Source of the DNA: a virus
Taxonomy: Duplodnaviria; Caudoviricetes
DNA length: 64,000 bases
Virus record (IMG/VR): IMGVR_UViG_2706795940_000001
Coordinates: 29,687 to 93,686 of that record
Strand: one strand, 5' to 3'
Below are positions 51,144 through 62,177 of this stretch, piece by piece (position 1 is the stretch's first letter; every line of letters begins with the position of its first letter). Made by a program: the position numbers and the translations under genes. The notes beneath the pieces are model-generated. The model was given only the letters and a program-made list of their open reading frames with translations. It was not told the DNA's origin and did not search any database.

Positions 51144-51337
51144 ACCCACTCGACATCACCAAGTCCGACATCGGCAAGACTCTGCGGATCGAGACGAAGG
51201 TGAAAAGCAAGCCAATCCGCGGCAAGATCGTCGAAGTCATCAACCACACCAGCTACGTCCGCGTGGAGCTTGCAACCGGGTTCGCAACCCGGGGAATGAT
51301 GCTCACCGCGGACAACGACGTCAGTTTCGAGGACTGA
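51140..51337 (+). CDS. Hypothetical protein
   Basis: ATGA coupling. Confidence 0.5.
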   Translation: MNPLDITKSDIGKTLRIETKVKSKPIRGKIVEVINHTSYVRVELATGFATRGMMLTADNDVSFED

Positions 51338-51375
51338 CCAAACGTCGCGATATGTCTAGACTCTAGACGTATAAT
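51334..51375 (+). promoter_or_regulatory. Probable promoter(s) for the cutinase cassette
   Basis: CTGACC-17 bp-TAGACT and a downstream TATAAT, overlapping TGTCTAGA.TCTAGAC. Confidence 0.5.
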
Positions 51376-51424
51376 AGAGAGATAGGCGACGACGGTTCGC
51401 CATTCACCTCTGGAGACCCCCGCC

Positions 51425-52048
51425 ATGCGCATTCTTGGCCTACTTCTTGCCGCTCTCATTGCGGTCTGCGGCGTCAATACTGTGCAGGCGGGGGATTCTC
51501 ATGCCGGTGGTTGTCCCAGCGTCCAGCGGTACGCGGTGGGCGGCAATGCGGACCCCACCAGCAGTCGTGTGCGGGCGCCGTACCCGCGCGTCAACATCGC
51601 ATACCCGGCCAATGTGTTCGCCGGCGACTACAGCCGTGACGTCGCGATGGCCAAGCTTAGCGACTACGCAAGGACCACGCGCGCGCTATGTCCGGACACC
51701 GCGATCGAGGTCTACGGCTTCTCGCTCGGAGCCAGCGTGGCATCGGCGGTAGTTGACCACTGGCAGGCAGACCCGGTCATGAACCGCAACACCACCGCGG
51801 TCTACTACGGCAACCCCCGCCGGCCAGTCGACTACCGCGGCCGAGGTGGCATCGAAGCAGTTGGGCTGCCGAACATTCCAGGGATCTACACGTTCTGGGG
51901 CCAGCGCGGAACAGGGCCCATACCCATCGTCGAGGTCTGCAACCTCGCCTGGGACATCATCTGCGACGCACCAGTACCACTGCATCGCGACCTACCAGCA
52001 TCGTGGCAGGCCCTCTGGGGATACCTGACCACCGGGCATCGCTACTAG
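51425..52048 (+). CDS. Secreted cutinase/PE-PPE-domain serine hydrolase
   Basis: Signal peptide; YPA, GFSLG nucleophile elbow, YGNPRRP, D.ICD, HRY. Confidence 0.8.
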   Translation: MRILGLLLAALIAVCGVNTVQAGDSHAGGCPSVQRYAVGGNADPTSSRVRAPYPRVNIAYPANVFAGDYSRDVAMAKLSDYARTTRALCPDTAIEVYGFSLGASVASAVVDHWQADPVMNRNTTAVYYGNPRRPVDYRGRGGIEAVGLPNIPGIYTFWGQRGTGPIPIVEVCNLAWDIICDAPVPLHRDLPASWQALWGYLTTGHRY

Positions 52049-52060
52049 CCGAGGATTCCC

Positions 52061-52360
52061 ATGTCAGACAGCATCGTCGCTGCAGCCGAATCGGCCCGCC
52101 GAGTACGCCGGCTCGTTCTCCCCGGATCGCGAGCCTGGGCCGTGATCGCACTGTTCACGCTCTACCACGAGCTGCGATGCGCCGAGGGGGAGCTGCTCTC
52201 AGAAGCTGTCGACCGGGCCATCATTCGACACCCCGTTCTCACCCGATTGCTATTCGCCGTAATCATGCTGCACCTGAATAACTGGATACCCACCAAGCTG
52301 CTATTCCTGGACCCATTCCATCAAGCTGCAGTGCTGACCAAACATCTGGTGAACCGATAA
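52061..52360 (+). CDS. Small hydrophobic protein
   Basis: RBS GAGG; GELLSE..DR....HP. Confidence 0.6.
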   Translation: MSDSIVAAAESARRVRRLVLPGSRAWAVIALFTLYHELRCAEGELLSEAVDRAIIRHPVLTRLLFAVIMLHLNNWIPTKLLFLDPFHQAAVLTKHLVNR

Positions 52361-52456
52361 AGCCAGCCATACAATCAGGTTAGTGGGTGGTGCTCATGAT
52401 TGACGTCGCACAATCACACTAGCCCGAGGGTATCTACCTCAAAACCTCTTCCACAG

Positions 52457-52489
52457 CAAAAACCCCCGGCCGCAATCCGGGGGTTTTTG
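52457..52489. terminator. Bidirectional intrinsic terminator
   Basis: CAAAAACCCCCGG-7 nt-CCGGGGGTTTTTG. Confidence 0.85.
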
Positions 52490-52522
52490 TCTATCCGCAC
52501 CCTGACATCAAATAGGGGAACA

Positions 52523-52732
52523 ATGATCGCGCCTGAAATCCTGGCAAACAACACTCATGAGGAGATCCTCGAGGCACTGAGAGTTGACATGCACGAACTC
52601 GTCGAGAGGGCCCGCACGGCAGTCCGGGTCGGGGACACCAACCAGTACGACATGCTGCACGGGCTCATCAACGAGAACCTGGACATGATCGACATCATCG
52701 CCGAGGACACAGACCTCACAGGTATCCGTTGA
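52523..52732 (+). CDS. Hypothetical protein
   Basis: RBS AGGGG; convergent with the leftward operon. Confidence 0.5.
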   Translation: MIAPEILANNTHEEILEALRVDMHELVERARTAVRVGDTNQYDMLHGLINENLDMIDIIAEDTDLTGIR

Positions 52733-53048
52733 GGTTCATCCGTCGCTCGGCGTGGTCGAGGTGGATCGAGTTCCAGTAGCCGTACTCATCACGGGCACGC
52801 ATCACGTCCGCAGTTGCCGCGGTGAGCTCCTTGTAGACCTTGCCCTTGAATGGCTTGCCGGCAAGAATCCACGCTGCATTCGCGTCCTCGAACCGAAGCT
52901 CGGCCCGGGTGAGATCGGACTCGAGTGGACGCATGCGCTTGCTCGAGTTGGTGAGAAGCTCGTCGGCCAACATCGTGGCCTGTGCAACGTCCTCGTCCTG
53001 GATGCGCTGGTTCTGGGTTTTGCCGAAGAGGCTGTAGAGGGATGCCAT
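52716..53048 (-). CDS. Hypothetical protein
   Basis: TAATG coupling with the upstream HTH gene. Confidence 0.6.
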   Translation of the reverse strand: MASLYSLFGKTQNQRIQDEDVAQATMLADELLTNSSKRMRPLESDLTRAELRFEDANAAWILAGKPFKGKVYKELTAATADVMRARDEYGYWNSIHLDHAERRMNLNGYL

Positions 53049-53401
53049 TAGCCTTTGTATTCACCCCTTCCTCGGTTCTTGGGGTCCGGCCCCATGCCGG
53101 CCTCCCAGAGTCGCTGTCGGACCAGCGTGAGGCTGCAGCCCAACTCCTTGGCCGTCTTCCGCTGCGAGCCGGCCCACGCGAGCGTGTCCAGGACGTCCTG
53201 GATGGTGATGTCCGGCCGACCCTTGGGCTGCGGCTTGTTCTTGATGAACTCGTTGACATGCTTCCAGACGGTCGCCGGCGAAACGTTGACCTCTTCGGCG
53301 ATCTCCTTGATCGTCGCGCCCTCTTCGGCCCGCCTGCGCATGTACAGATCGACGCCCTGGGTGAGGCGTTCGTACTTCTCACGCTCTTTCACAACGGCCA
53401 T
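53048..53401 (-). CDS. Double-HTH DNA-binding protein
   Basis: TIKEIAEEVNVSPATVWKH and SQRKTAKELGCSLTLVRQRL; RBS AAGGAGG. Confidence 0.8.
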   Translation of the reverse strand: MAVVKEREKYERLTQGVDLYMRRRAEEGATIKEIAEEVNVSPATVWKHVNEFIKNKPQPKGRPDITIQDVLDTLAWAGSQRKTAKELGCSLTLVRQRLWEAGMGPDPKNRGRGEYKG

Positions 53402-53461
53402 GATTAGACCTCCTTCTCGAGAACGATGACCCCATCATAACAAATGGTGGGAGTCAGTGGG

Positions 53462-56400
53462 TCAGGGGACGTACTCCAGGGGCTTCCAGTAGTCGTCGTG
53501 CTCGCGATCAGACAGCTTCATGGCAGGGTCGTCCCACGATATGTCGAATCCGGACGCCGGATGTGATCGGTGGGAGCCATCGTGTCCGTCCCGTCGGAAG
53601 CAGATCGGACCACCCTCGCTACCCACTCTCGGGCCCCGCGACCAGCAGAAGTGCAACACGCCCTCCTCGGTCCGCCGGCGCATGGCCCGGATGCAACTCA
53701 ACGCCGTGAGACCACCACGGTTGTACTCCCACACGAACCACTCGAGCACGTCCGCGGCCCTCTGGATCTCGTCTTCTGTGTACTTCACTTCAGCGTCACC
53801 CACGCGCCAGACATCTCCAGGTCAAGCCAGGTTACGTCGACCACCGTGTACGTATTCAGGCCGACGTCAACCTTGTCGCCGACCCCCGGCGGGAAGGCTG
53901 CCTCAACATCGACGCGACGAGGTGGCGCTTCCGACCGACGCTCGTGAATCCAGTAGCTGACTGTCACTTCTCCTCCTTCTCGAGAGCCTGCAGCACCCCG
54001 GTGATGAAGATCCCGGGTTCCGATGCGTACCAGTCGTCTGACATGGCCATCAGTGAGTAGTTCTCCGCGGCCTGGGTAACTGTGCCATCCCAGGTGCGTG
54101 CAGAGCCTCGGACGGCGTGGGCCATGAGCCACGTCCAGAGCATGTCTCCAACGACCGCCCGTGAGTCCTCGGTGGCTGTGCGATACGTGAACCCGTCGTC
54201 ATTCCACTCCAGCCCATTGGCCGGCGATGGTGGATTGACGTCGTCACTGTTCCAGCGCAGGTGGTGATCGACAGCGAAGTCGACCAGGGTGTCGATCAAC
54301 GTCATGCGCCCTCCAGTTCGTCGATGCGGTCGTTCAGGTCCTGCAGGTCCCAGGAGAGCTGCTCGCGATGACTCGCCGGCAGCCCGGACCTCTCGAGCTT
54401 CGCCTCCGTCTCGTTGCGCCACTCGCGGGCTTCCTCGAGTGTCATGTCAGCTGCGTACACTTCGCACCACCTCGCTCACTGCCGCGCTCGCCGCGGCCCT
54501 CAGGTCGTCGCGAGTGACGTCGAAACTCGTCGCCGCATTCAGGATGGCTACCATCTGAGCCGCGGCGGAATCGTAGTCCATCCACCGCGCCTGACCGAGC
54601 ACGTCATGCTTGCTGGTGTCGCTGTATGGGCCCCAGGACTGGACTTCGGCGGTCGGGCATCCTTCAATGCAGATCTCGTCACTGTTGCGGTGCTCGTAGA
54701 AGCAGAACGTCCAGCCGTACGCGTTCGACACGGTGACGCCATGCTCGCGGCAGTTGTCGAACACGCCCCAGCTGACGAACTCGCCCAGCTCCGCGGCGAC
54801 TCGGGTGCCGACCTCGCGCGCGATGTCGAACTGGCTACCCTCGCCCTGATAGTCCTCGCTGAGGAACCCCTCCGGGGTGAGCTTGCCATCCCAGCCGTGA
54901 CGGTCGTGCATGTCGCAGTGCTGCCGGTACTGCTCGGTGATGTGCATGTCCAAGGCGGTCTGTAGGATCATGCGCCACTCCTCACCAGGTTGCCATCTCG
55001 CAGCACCTCGAGATCCGCCCGTGCGCTCCTGAGGTGATTCAACACCGAGTGCTGGATCGGCCCTTCGAGGAACACCTCGGCCTTCTCGATGGCATACTCG
55101 ACACTCTCGATCGCGCGACCGGCGGTGTCCTTCTCATCCTTGTTCAGCATCAGGAGTCCTTTCTCGTGTCTTTCGATCCTGGGTGAAGATGTCACCCCGG
55201 GACGCCGCGCTCTCCAGGGCCTGCAGGGCGACCCGGGCGTCCTCTACCCGGTAGTCGAGAGTGGTACCAGGCACGACTCGGTCCAGTAGGACGAGGAGGT
55301 CGATCGCAGCGCCGGCGATCTGCTCGTTTTGTGTGCTACCCATCAGTACGTCTCCTTGTCGAGTCCTTGATCGGTCACCTTGTACGAGCGCTGCAGGATC
55401 GAAAGCAGTTTGTGCTCAACCATCTTCGAGTCCTGGCACCCTGCGAAGTGCGCGATCTCTTCACGCAGCCAGATTAGCTGCGCCTCTTTGTCCTGGTGGT
55501 ATCTGTCGATCTGGGCCTGGGTGCTCTGGGCGTCGGCGAGCTGGGCTTGGACGATGGCGCCGAATAGCTCGGACCCGAAGATGGTGTCGGCATCGCTCAT
55601 CGGTACACCTCGAACCTTCCATTCCGGCGGATGCGACTGAGCTCGCCGTCGTTGAATCCGACCCATACGTAGTCCGGATGGCCGACGTCATTGAAGTCGG
55701 TGACGATCACGCCGCTACGAAGTTCGTCACCCTCCTCCAGGTGCTCGGCTGCAACGGTGGTGAGGGAGTAGCTCACTGTGCCTCCCAATCTCTGCTTACG
55801 ACCTTGATGTCAGCGTGCTTGCGCAGCAGGGAGAGGGCGCAGTCCAATGCATCCCTGAGCGCGGAGATCTCCCCGTCGTTGGAGTCGCCCACCGCTGCTC
55901 GGTCGGCCTCGTCCACTGCCTCCTGGAGCACCTCGGTGTCCGACTTTGCCCGAACAATGCTTCCGCCTTCGGTGAAGACGAGACCGCAGACGAGGTTCTG
56001 CGTGAAGACCGCGGACCGGTGCTGTTCCGCCTTGCCGGCCGTGGGGTAGGGGCCACCCTCGCGCACGCCGGCGGGCGTGTACAGGTACCAGCCGACGACG
56101 TATCCGTGCTTGTCTCGGCCGGGGAACTTCTCGACGATTTCTTGTGCGTTCACTTCACTTCTCCTGATCTCGAATGTCTGCTTGTTTGCGCGCGTTACGA
56201 CTCACTCGCCGGCGCTCCTTGCGACTGGGAATCGGTGTGGCAGCATTGCTTCGGCGAATCTCCTGCATCTTGCGCATGTATGGCTTGTTCTCGCCGGACA
56301 TGGCTACTTCAGGCTGGATCGAACCTCGACCAGGTCCGCGTAGGCTGAAGCGACCATGTCCACGTGAGCGTTCGCCACGCCCCATGCGACTGTGTGCGCG

Positions 56401-57018
56401 ACCGCCGAGGGGAGGCGCTGCACCTGCCCGTGAGCCTTCGCGCGCTTGGCTTCGTTCTCGACATCCTCGGCGAGCTGCCGCATTCTGTCGGCGACGAACT
56501 GAACCTTCTCGTACACCCGGTCCTCGAGGTGGGCGATGTACTGGTCATCGACGCTGTCACTCATCAGAGTTCCTCCACCCGCACGTCGATGTCGTACTCG
56601 TGGTCGATGGTCGCCGAGTCGAGCATGCTCTCGACGTCCTCGACCAGGCCCGGGTGGCCGCTGGCGATGGCTGCGAAGAGCAGGTTGGCGAGCATCCCCT
56701 CGTCTAGCTGGTCGACGGTGGTTTCGGTCGACTTGTCCAGACGGACCCCGTGTCGCTTGAGCAGCGCCACGACCTTGGCCCGGTCCAGTGCGCGCGCCTG
56801 CACGACCTCGCGCTCAATGATGATCATCTTCATACTTCCTGCTCCTTCACTGTCACGAACACGTCCGCGGCTCCATCTCGGTCGGTGAGTATGAAGTCGA
56901 CGGTGGAAAACGGTGGGGCATCTTCCAATTTCTTCGCGATCTGGCCGACGATCTCGGGAGTCGTCAGCTCGTCGGTGTAGGTCGTGATGTCCACCAGGAT
57001 CTTCTTGATCTTCCTCAT
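53462..57018 (-). CDS. Leftward operon of about 14 small hypothetical genes (e.g. 53462-53788, 53785-53967, 53964-54305, 54302-54445, 54447-54971, 55343-55600, 55773-56153, 56304-56564, 56564-56833, 56830-57018)
   Basis: Tightly coupled minus-strand ORFs with RBSs. Confidence 0.6.
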
Positions 57019-57023
57019 GGGAG

Positions 57024-57140
57024 TCAGCCCTTGGGGTTGGCGGACACGAAGCGCCGGTTGGCATCTCGCGAACCGACGTGGTGCTGGCCGGCGATGCCCT
57101 TGGTGAGGTTGACCTTCTTGGTGAGATTCACGTTCGACAT
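57024..57140 (-). CDS. 38-aa micro-protein MSNVNLTKKVNLTKG...
   Basis: RBS GGAAGGA; first ORF after promoter 57179-57207; absent from the ORF track. Confidence 0.65.
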   Translation of the reverse strand: MSNVNLTKKVNLTKGIAGQHHVGSRDANRRFVSANPKG

Positions 57141-57159
57141 TGGATGTTCCTTCCGTTGG

Positions 57160-57207
57160 CTGTCTAAGTATGCATTAGACAGTAAGGTAATGAATGGTGG
57201 GTGTCAA
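57160..57207 (-). promoter_or_regulatory. Leftward SigA promoter with overlapping palindromic operator
   Basis: TTGACA-17 bp-TACTGT; CTGTCTAA-N7-TTAGACAG at 57160-57182. Confidence 0.8.
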
Positions 57208-57217
57208 GCGGGTTTGA

Positions 57218-58765
57218 TCAGACGCCTTTGGACCAGTAGCGAATGCCGGCCGCACCGTACAGGCGGGCCATCGTGTCGTCGTCGAGCATCTCGGACACTG
57301 CGTACTTGAAGTCGCGATCCTCGTCGTACAGCACGATCGAATGGCGCACGTCCAAGTTGGCCCGCTCGATCAGATCGGCGTTGATGAAGGCGACCATCAT
57401 CTCTCGGTTTAACCCTCGGTGCATGAGGGTCAGGTCGGTGGTATCCAGTTGTGCGACTTTGTGAGTCATGTCAGAAGTCCAATCGTGAAGCGAGCTTGCA
57501 GAATAGGGGCACCTCGAAGGTGTCCTCCTCGATGTAGCCGACGAGCTCCTCGAACTGGGTGAACTCGGTGACGTAGCGCGACGTGATGCGCATGTCCAGC
57601 TTCGACCACGGATCGAATCCGAGGAAGCCGGGTCTGATCTCGATGACGGCGTTCATGTTGTAGTCCTTAGTGATTGGCGGGCAGAACGAAAGGTAGGTCT
57701 GTGTTGACCGCGGACACGATCATGTGGGCGATCTTGCTGTTGACTTGGGCGTACTCGGTCTCGATGATCGCGACGATCTCGGACTGGAGCCCATTCCGGT
57801 CGGTGTCGTACACCCGCTCGGCTGCGTCGGCCGGCCCCCATGCCTCGACGTTCATGGAGGTGCCGTCCGCGCAGATGATGTGGTACTCGTTGAGGGTCAT
57901 CACATTTCCTGATACTTGAAGCGCCGGATCTCGCGTCGGCGCAGGGTCTCTCGTCGCTGGTCTGCCTTGGTTGCTCGTGCCATGTCAGTTGTCTCCTTCG
58001 TTAGTTCCAGTCGATGGTGAAGTTCGTCGGCACTTCAAGCCGGCTGCCGCAGTTGAGGCACAGCAGGTACTCGCCCGACCCCTCTTCCGAGAAGTCGTCG
58101 CTGCCGTTGGATGTGGCCGTGATGGTGTTGGCGTCCGGGTCGATCTCGGTCGACCAGCACCGGCGGTAACCGTCCTCGGTCAGCATCCAGTCGTGCTCGC
58201 ACTTCTTGATGGTGCGCAGCAGGTCGCTCATCGGATCTCCTCTGTCTCGAATGCGCCCAGGTCGACGCGGAACTTCTTCCCGGTCTCGGTGTCAAGCACC
58301 TCGAATACGTTGGCGCCGTCGGGGTCTCCCATGTACGTTCGGCGCAGCACGCCGAGCGCACTGGTCGCGGCGTCAATGGGGCTCCCGGCGTCATCGTTGT
58401 CGATATTCCAGGTGACGACGTAGCTCACGACTCCTCCAGCTTGTAGCCGCCGACCCGGTTGCCGTTCTGGTCCAGGATCGAGAGGGTTTGGCTCCCGACG
58501 CCGTACTCCGCGATGTAGTCAGCGACGCCGTGCAGGATGCGGGCGATCTCTGCTTCGAGGAACCACTCGTCGTTGCCGCCGCCGGTCTGGTCCTTGAACG
58601 CCGCGTTGCTCGTGCGGATGTTGAGCTTGAACTCGCTCATCCGATGTCTCCAATCGTGTAGCCGTTCGCGTTGAGGAGCTCCGCGATCGAGTTGAGGGTG
58701 TCTGCGCTCCAGGCGACCCCGTCCATGAGGTCCTGGATGGCCAGGAGGATCTCGTGGTCGTTCAT
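57218..58765 (-). CDS. Run of about 8 small hypothetical genes (57218-57469, 57471-57656, 57667-57903, 58001-58231, 58228-58428, 58425-58640, 58637-58765 and others)
   Basis: Coupled minus-strand ORFs. Confidence 0.6.
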
Positions 58766-59385
58766 GACTTGCCTTTCAGGTTGTGTGCGGCAACCCAGGT
58801 GATTGCCTGCATCTCGGATGGCTCGATGCCCGCCGATCGTGCAGCGTTGCGGTAGGCATTAGACACGCCGGCGTAAACACCCGCACGGTTGATGTGTTTG
58901 TAGTCCACGCCGGCGATACGCATTGCCCACGAGTCCACAGTCACGTATTCGGTGTGCCCAAGGATGTTGTGCGCGAACGCATGTGTCTTGATGCCCGGTG
59001 TCATCTCGCCCAGTGGATCGGGGGAGTGGAACAGGGCCCGATGTGCCTTGCGCCAGTTCTGATGAGTGATGCCGGCAGTGTTCGGCACCCGCGGCGCGTG
59101 GTCGGCCGGCGCACCAGGTGTTGCCAGTGCCAGTGCGAATGCCACGTTGTCCTCCCACTTCACCTGAGGGGACAGGTGCGCGATGGCAACTGCACTAGCC
59201 TCTAGGTGTCGGTTAGACAGTAGCGCACACTGTTGCGCAACGTCTAGTGCCTCCTTGTACCACAGCTGACCTGCAATGATGTCAGCGTCGGAAGCCTGGT
59301 CGAACACTGCCAGGATGTTCGAGACCATTGCTCGACCACCGATTCCATTGGTCTGCTTGTAGAGCGGTGGACGCTTGCGAGACAT
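58762..59385 (-). CDS. Phage protein, possibly HhH/EndoIII-glycosylase-like
   Basis: WY, LSPQ..W..N, KT.AF..NI, VTVDSW.MR. Confidence 0.45.
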   Translation of the reverse strand: MSRKRPPLYKQTNGIGGRAMVSNILAVFDQASDADIIAGQLWYKEALDVAQQCALLSNRHLEASAVAIAHLSPQVKWEDNVAFALALATPGAPADHAPRVPNTAGITHQNWRKAHRALFHSPDPLGEMTPGIKTHAFAHNILGHTEYVTVDSWAMRIAGVDYKHINRAGVYAGVSNAYRNAARSAGIEPSEMQAITWVAAHNLKGKS

Positions 59386-59413
59386 AGGTGTGACCTTTCA
59401 TGATGCGCCCCTC

Positions 59414-61747
59414 TCAGGCAGCGGTGTTCCAAGTGTTGATGAGCATGTCGGCCGTCTCGATCGGCGAGTACAGGCCGGCGCGGATCGCCTCTCGACGAGC
59501 ATCGGAGTACTCGCCCGACACGACGCTCGATACGAGTGCGATGGGCAGGTCGAGAACGTCCATGATCAGGACGAGCATGTTGTTCTTGGTCACGGGTGAT
59601 CCTTCCACTCGGTCGCATTCGGGTAGTGATCCTCCAGCGTGGAGAACCGCCGGTCGATGTCACGGTTGTTGTAGTCGTCGTGCGGCATGAGGACGTGACG
59701 ATGGTCCGAGTACTTCGCACTCGCGAAGTGCACGCCGACCATGCCCTCAGGCACCGAGTCTTGCCAGCTCCCATATGCGGCAACCACCATGTGCTTGCCG
59801 GCATCCAGGAGCTCCTGCTTGCGGTCGTACTCGGCCTGCGATGACGCCGCGCCATCTCGGCACGACTCACCGTGCACGCCGTTGATACCGCCCTCTTTGC
59901 GGTAGCACGCCTGGCACAGTGCCGGCGGGTAGCAGTAGTGGAGCACGTGACGGTTCGCCGATCGCTGATTGTCGGCGGTCACCTTGTACTTGCACTTGCG
60001 CTTGCGAACGCCTCCCGACTGTCCGCAGCTATCGCAGCACAGCCGGCCTCGCGTGTCGGTGCTGTATCCCATGTCAGGTCTCCTTGAAGAATGCGACGAC
60101 CACAGCGGTCGCCAGTGTTCCAAGCGCGACGAACAGTGTTGTCACGATGATGATTTGGAGTGCGTACAGCCAGGGGTGCATGGCTACCCTTCAGTGCCCG
60201 AAGTGAACGGACACCTGAAGCGGCGCCTTGCAGGTAGGGCAGGCGACGTATGGCGTGCCGTCGTCCTCGGGCTCGATGGTCTCGAAGTCGGGCGTGTCAT
60301 ATGCCCCGCCGTACTCGACCCAGTCGACGCCGGAGCTGTTCGAGTCCCAAGCATGAGTGCCGGCGTACACCGTGTCACCATCCAGTCCGACGCCGATCTC
60401 CTGCCCATAGTTCTCGGTGCATGACAGCGACACGTGGCCCTCGGTGTACAACTCGTAGCGGCCCTCGTAACCGCCGATCGAGAACGCGCGCGGCTTGGTG
60501 TATCCGCCGCGGACGTCACACCCGCCGTGGTACTGAAGCATCACCATGTCGGTGTCGAAACCATCTCGATCGGTGTACGTGAAGACAACGTATTGCAGCG
60601 TCGAGTCCAGCCAGGTTTCACCGTTGTAGGTGTTCACCGTCTGCACATCCGACGCTCGGCCATGCTGTTCGAGCCACTCGACGAACGCCTCAGCCTCAGC
60701 CATCCATGGTCGGTCACGCTCATCTTCCAGCGCGACGAACATCTCGAACATGCGATTGAGCCTCGGCGCGTAGTCCAGGATCTCGTTGAGCCAATGGAAG
60801 GCCGACACCGTGATGTCGACGTAGTTGTAGCTGGCGTCGAGAGTGACTTGAGGCAGGCTGAGGAAGTACTCGCCAGCGTCAACACCCGCCGTCGCGGCCT
60901 GGTTGCGCTCCCAGCTGCGACCGTAGGCACCCCCTGAGTCGAGGAAGTGCCGGCCGGTGTTCTCGGTCCACATCTCAGCGAGGACCTGAGTGGTGATATC
61001 GATGGTGGACATGGGCGTCTCCTTCAGTGTGTGAACTAACCCATCAGTTGTATGTCCAGGTGTGCATTAGACACCTGGACACACGGACTCAGGGGTGAGG
61101 TCACGCGGGCACGTAGACCGCGATGGTTCCATTGAGGGCGTGGTGCGAGTACGCAGCCGGCCTTGCCAGTGCGGCCCGCGCGGTGGATGTGGCCAGAGCC
61201 GGCGGCAGCTTGCCATCCACCCAGACGGCACTGTCTCGCAGCGCAACCCGAGGGAGCTCTCTCGCTACGTCGTCGAGGGTGACGCCGCACACTTGCTCGA
61301 TCTCGGTCAGGCTGTGAACGTAGTGGGTCATTGTCATACCTCTCATCTGTCCAGCTAGTAATTAGACACTAGCACCGGTGAATGGTGGGAGTCAATGCCC
61401 TACCAGGCAAGGATCCCGATGCCCAAGTGTGTGTACTCGGTTTGGGCATTCGACAGCCAGATCGACATGAGGGCGTCGTCGGTTGCTTCCACGGTTGTGG
61501 TGTCGCCGGCGACCCAGATGCCAGTGATCCGGCCCTCATGCATGCTCACTCGCACGACCAGCTTCCACCGGTCATTGGGGTCGAGGCTGCCGTCGTCGTG
61601 CAGGAGCAGGTTACGGGCACCGTCGCCCATCCAGACCACACAGGTCTGGTCGATCTGAGTGAATGAGTTACCGCTCACGCTGAAGTTCTCGACCAGGCTC
61701 CCGTCGTGGTGGACGGCGAACCCACGTGCCGAATAGACGTAGCTCAT
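59414..61747 (-). CDS. Hypothetical genes (59414-59593, 59590-60072, 60191-61012, 61101-61337, 61400-61747)
   Basis: Minus-strand ORFs with RBSs. Confidence 0.6.
61053..61081. repeat. 11-bp inverted repeat containing TTAGACA
   Basis: TGTCCAGGTGT-N7-ACACCTGGACA. Confidence 0.75.
61366..61395 (-). promoter_or_regulatory. Leftward SigA promoter
   Basis: TTGACT-18 bp-TAGTGT with CCCACC after the -35. Confidence 0.75.
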
Positions 61748-61774
61748 TGTGTGCCTTTCAGTTGTGTCGAATGG

Positions 61775-61951
61775 TCAGGCGGACAGCTTGACCAGGCTCA
61801 CGCCCCACTCCGGCCGGCGATGGCGACCGTTGTTCGAGTAGGGGAGTGACCCGCCGAGCTCGCCGTGGATGACGTCGTCCCACTGGTCGAAAATGCTGAC
61901 CAGGTTGGGAGTGAGTTCGAGACGGTTGTTTGTAGCCATGTGACGAGCCAT
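61775..61951 (-). CDS. 58-aa micro-protein, paralog 1 (MARH...GRHRR...VSLVKLSA)
   Basis: RBS GGAAGG; follows promoter 61999-62027; homologous to 62952-63128. Confidence 0.8.
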   Translation of the reverse strand: MARHMATNNRLELTPNLVSIFDQWDDVIHGELGGSLPYSNNGRHRRPEWGVSLVKLSA

Positions 61952-62034
61952 GATAGAGCCTTCCAGGAACTTGGTGGAATTCTTTCGCTCTGGCCTTAAG
62001 TCTACCAGAGTAGTTGGTGGAAGTCAATTCCCTT

Positions 62035-62170
62035 TGACTCGGAGTTTGCAAGCGTTGCAGTGACTCTCGGAGTCGGAAGTAGACTGCCGGCATCGCCGAC
62101 ATGTCGCCACCGTAGTGCGTTGGTACGGAATCGAACCGCGTCTACTTAGAGAGTAGACACCATGCAACGC
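62035..62170 (-). ncRNA. Structured RNA X (T-loop module plus module B)
   Basis: GCGG-TTCGATT-CCGT T-arm within a closed multi-stem; module B covaries with its copy at 62781-62856. Confidence 0.6.
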
Positions 62171-62177
62171 GTCCCTG

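Noticed and set aside
62035-62110. Known self-cleaving ribozyme (hammerhead, twister, pistol, HDV)
   Set aside because: Core consensus motifs such as CUGAUGA/GAAA not found by eye on either strand
62117-62170. Canonical or amber-suppressor tRNA gene
   Set aside because: About 54 nt, no D-arm, 5-nt loop around CUA, no CCA; kept only as a tRNA-like element
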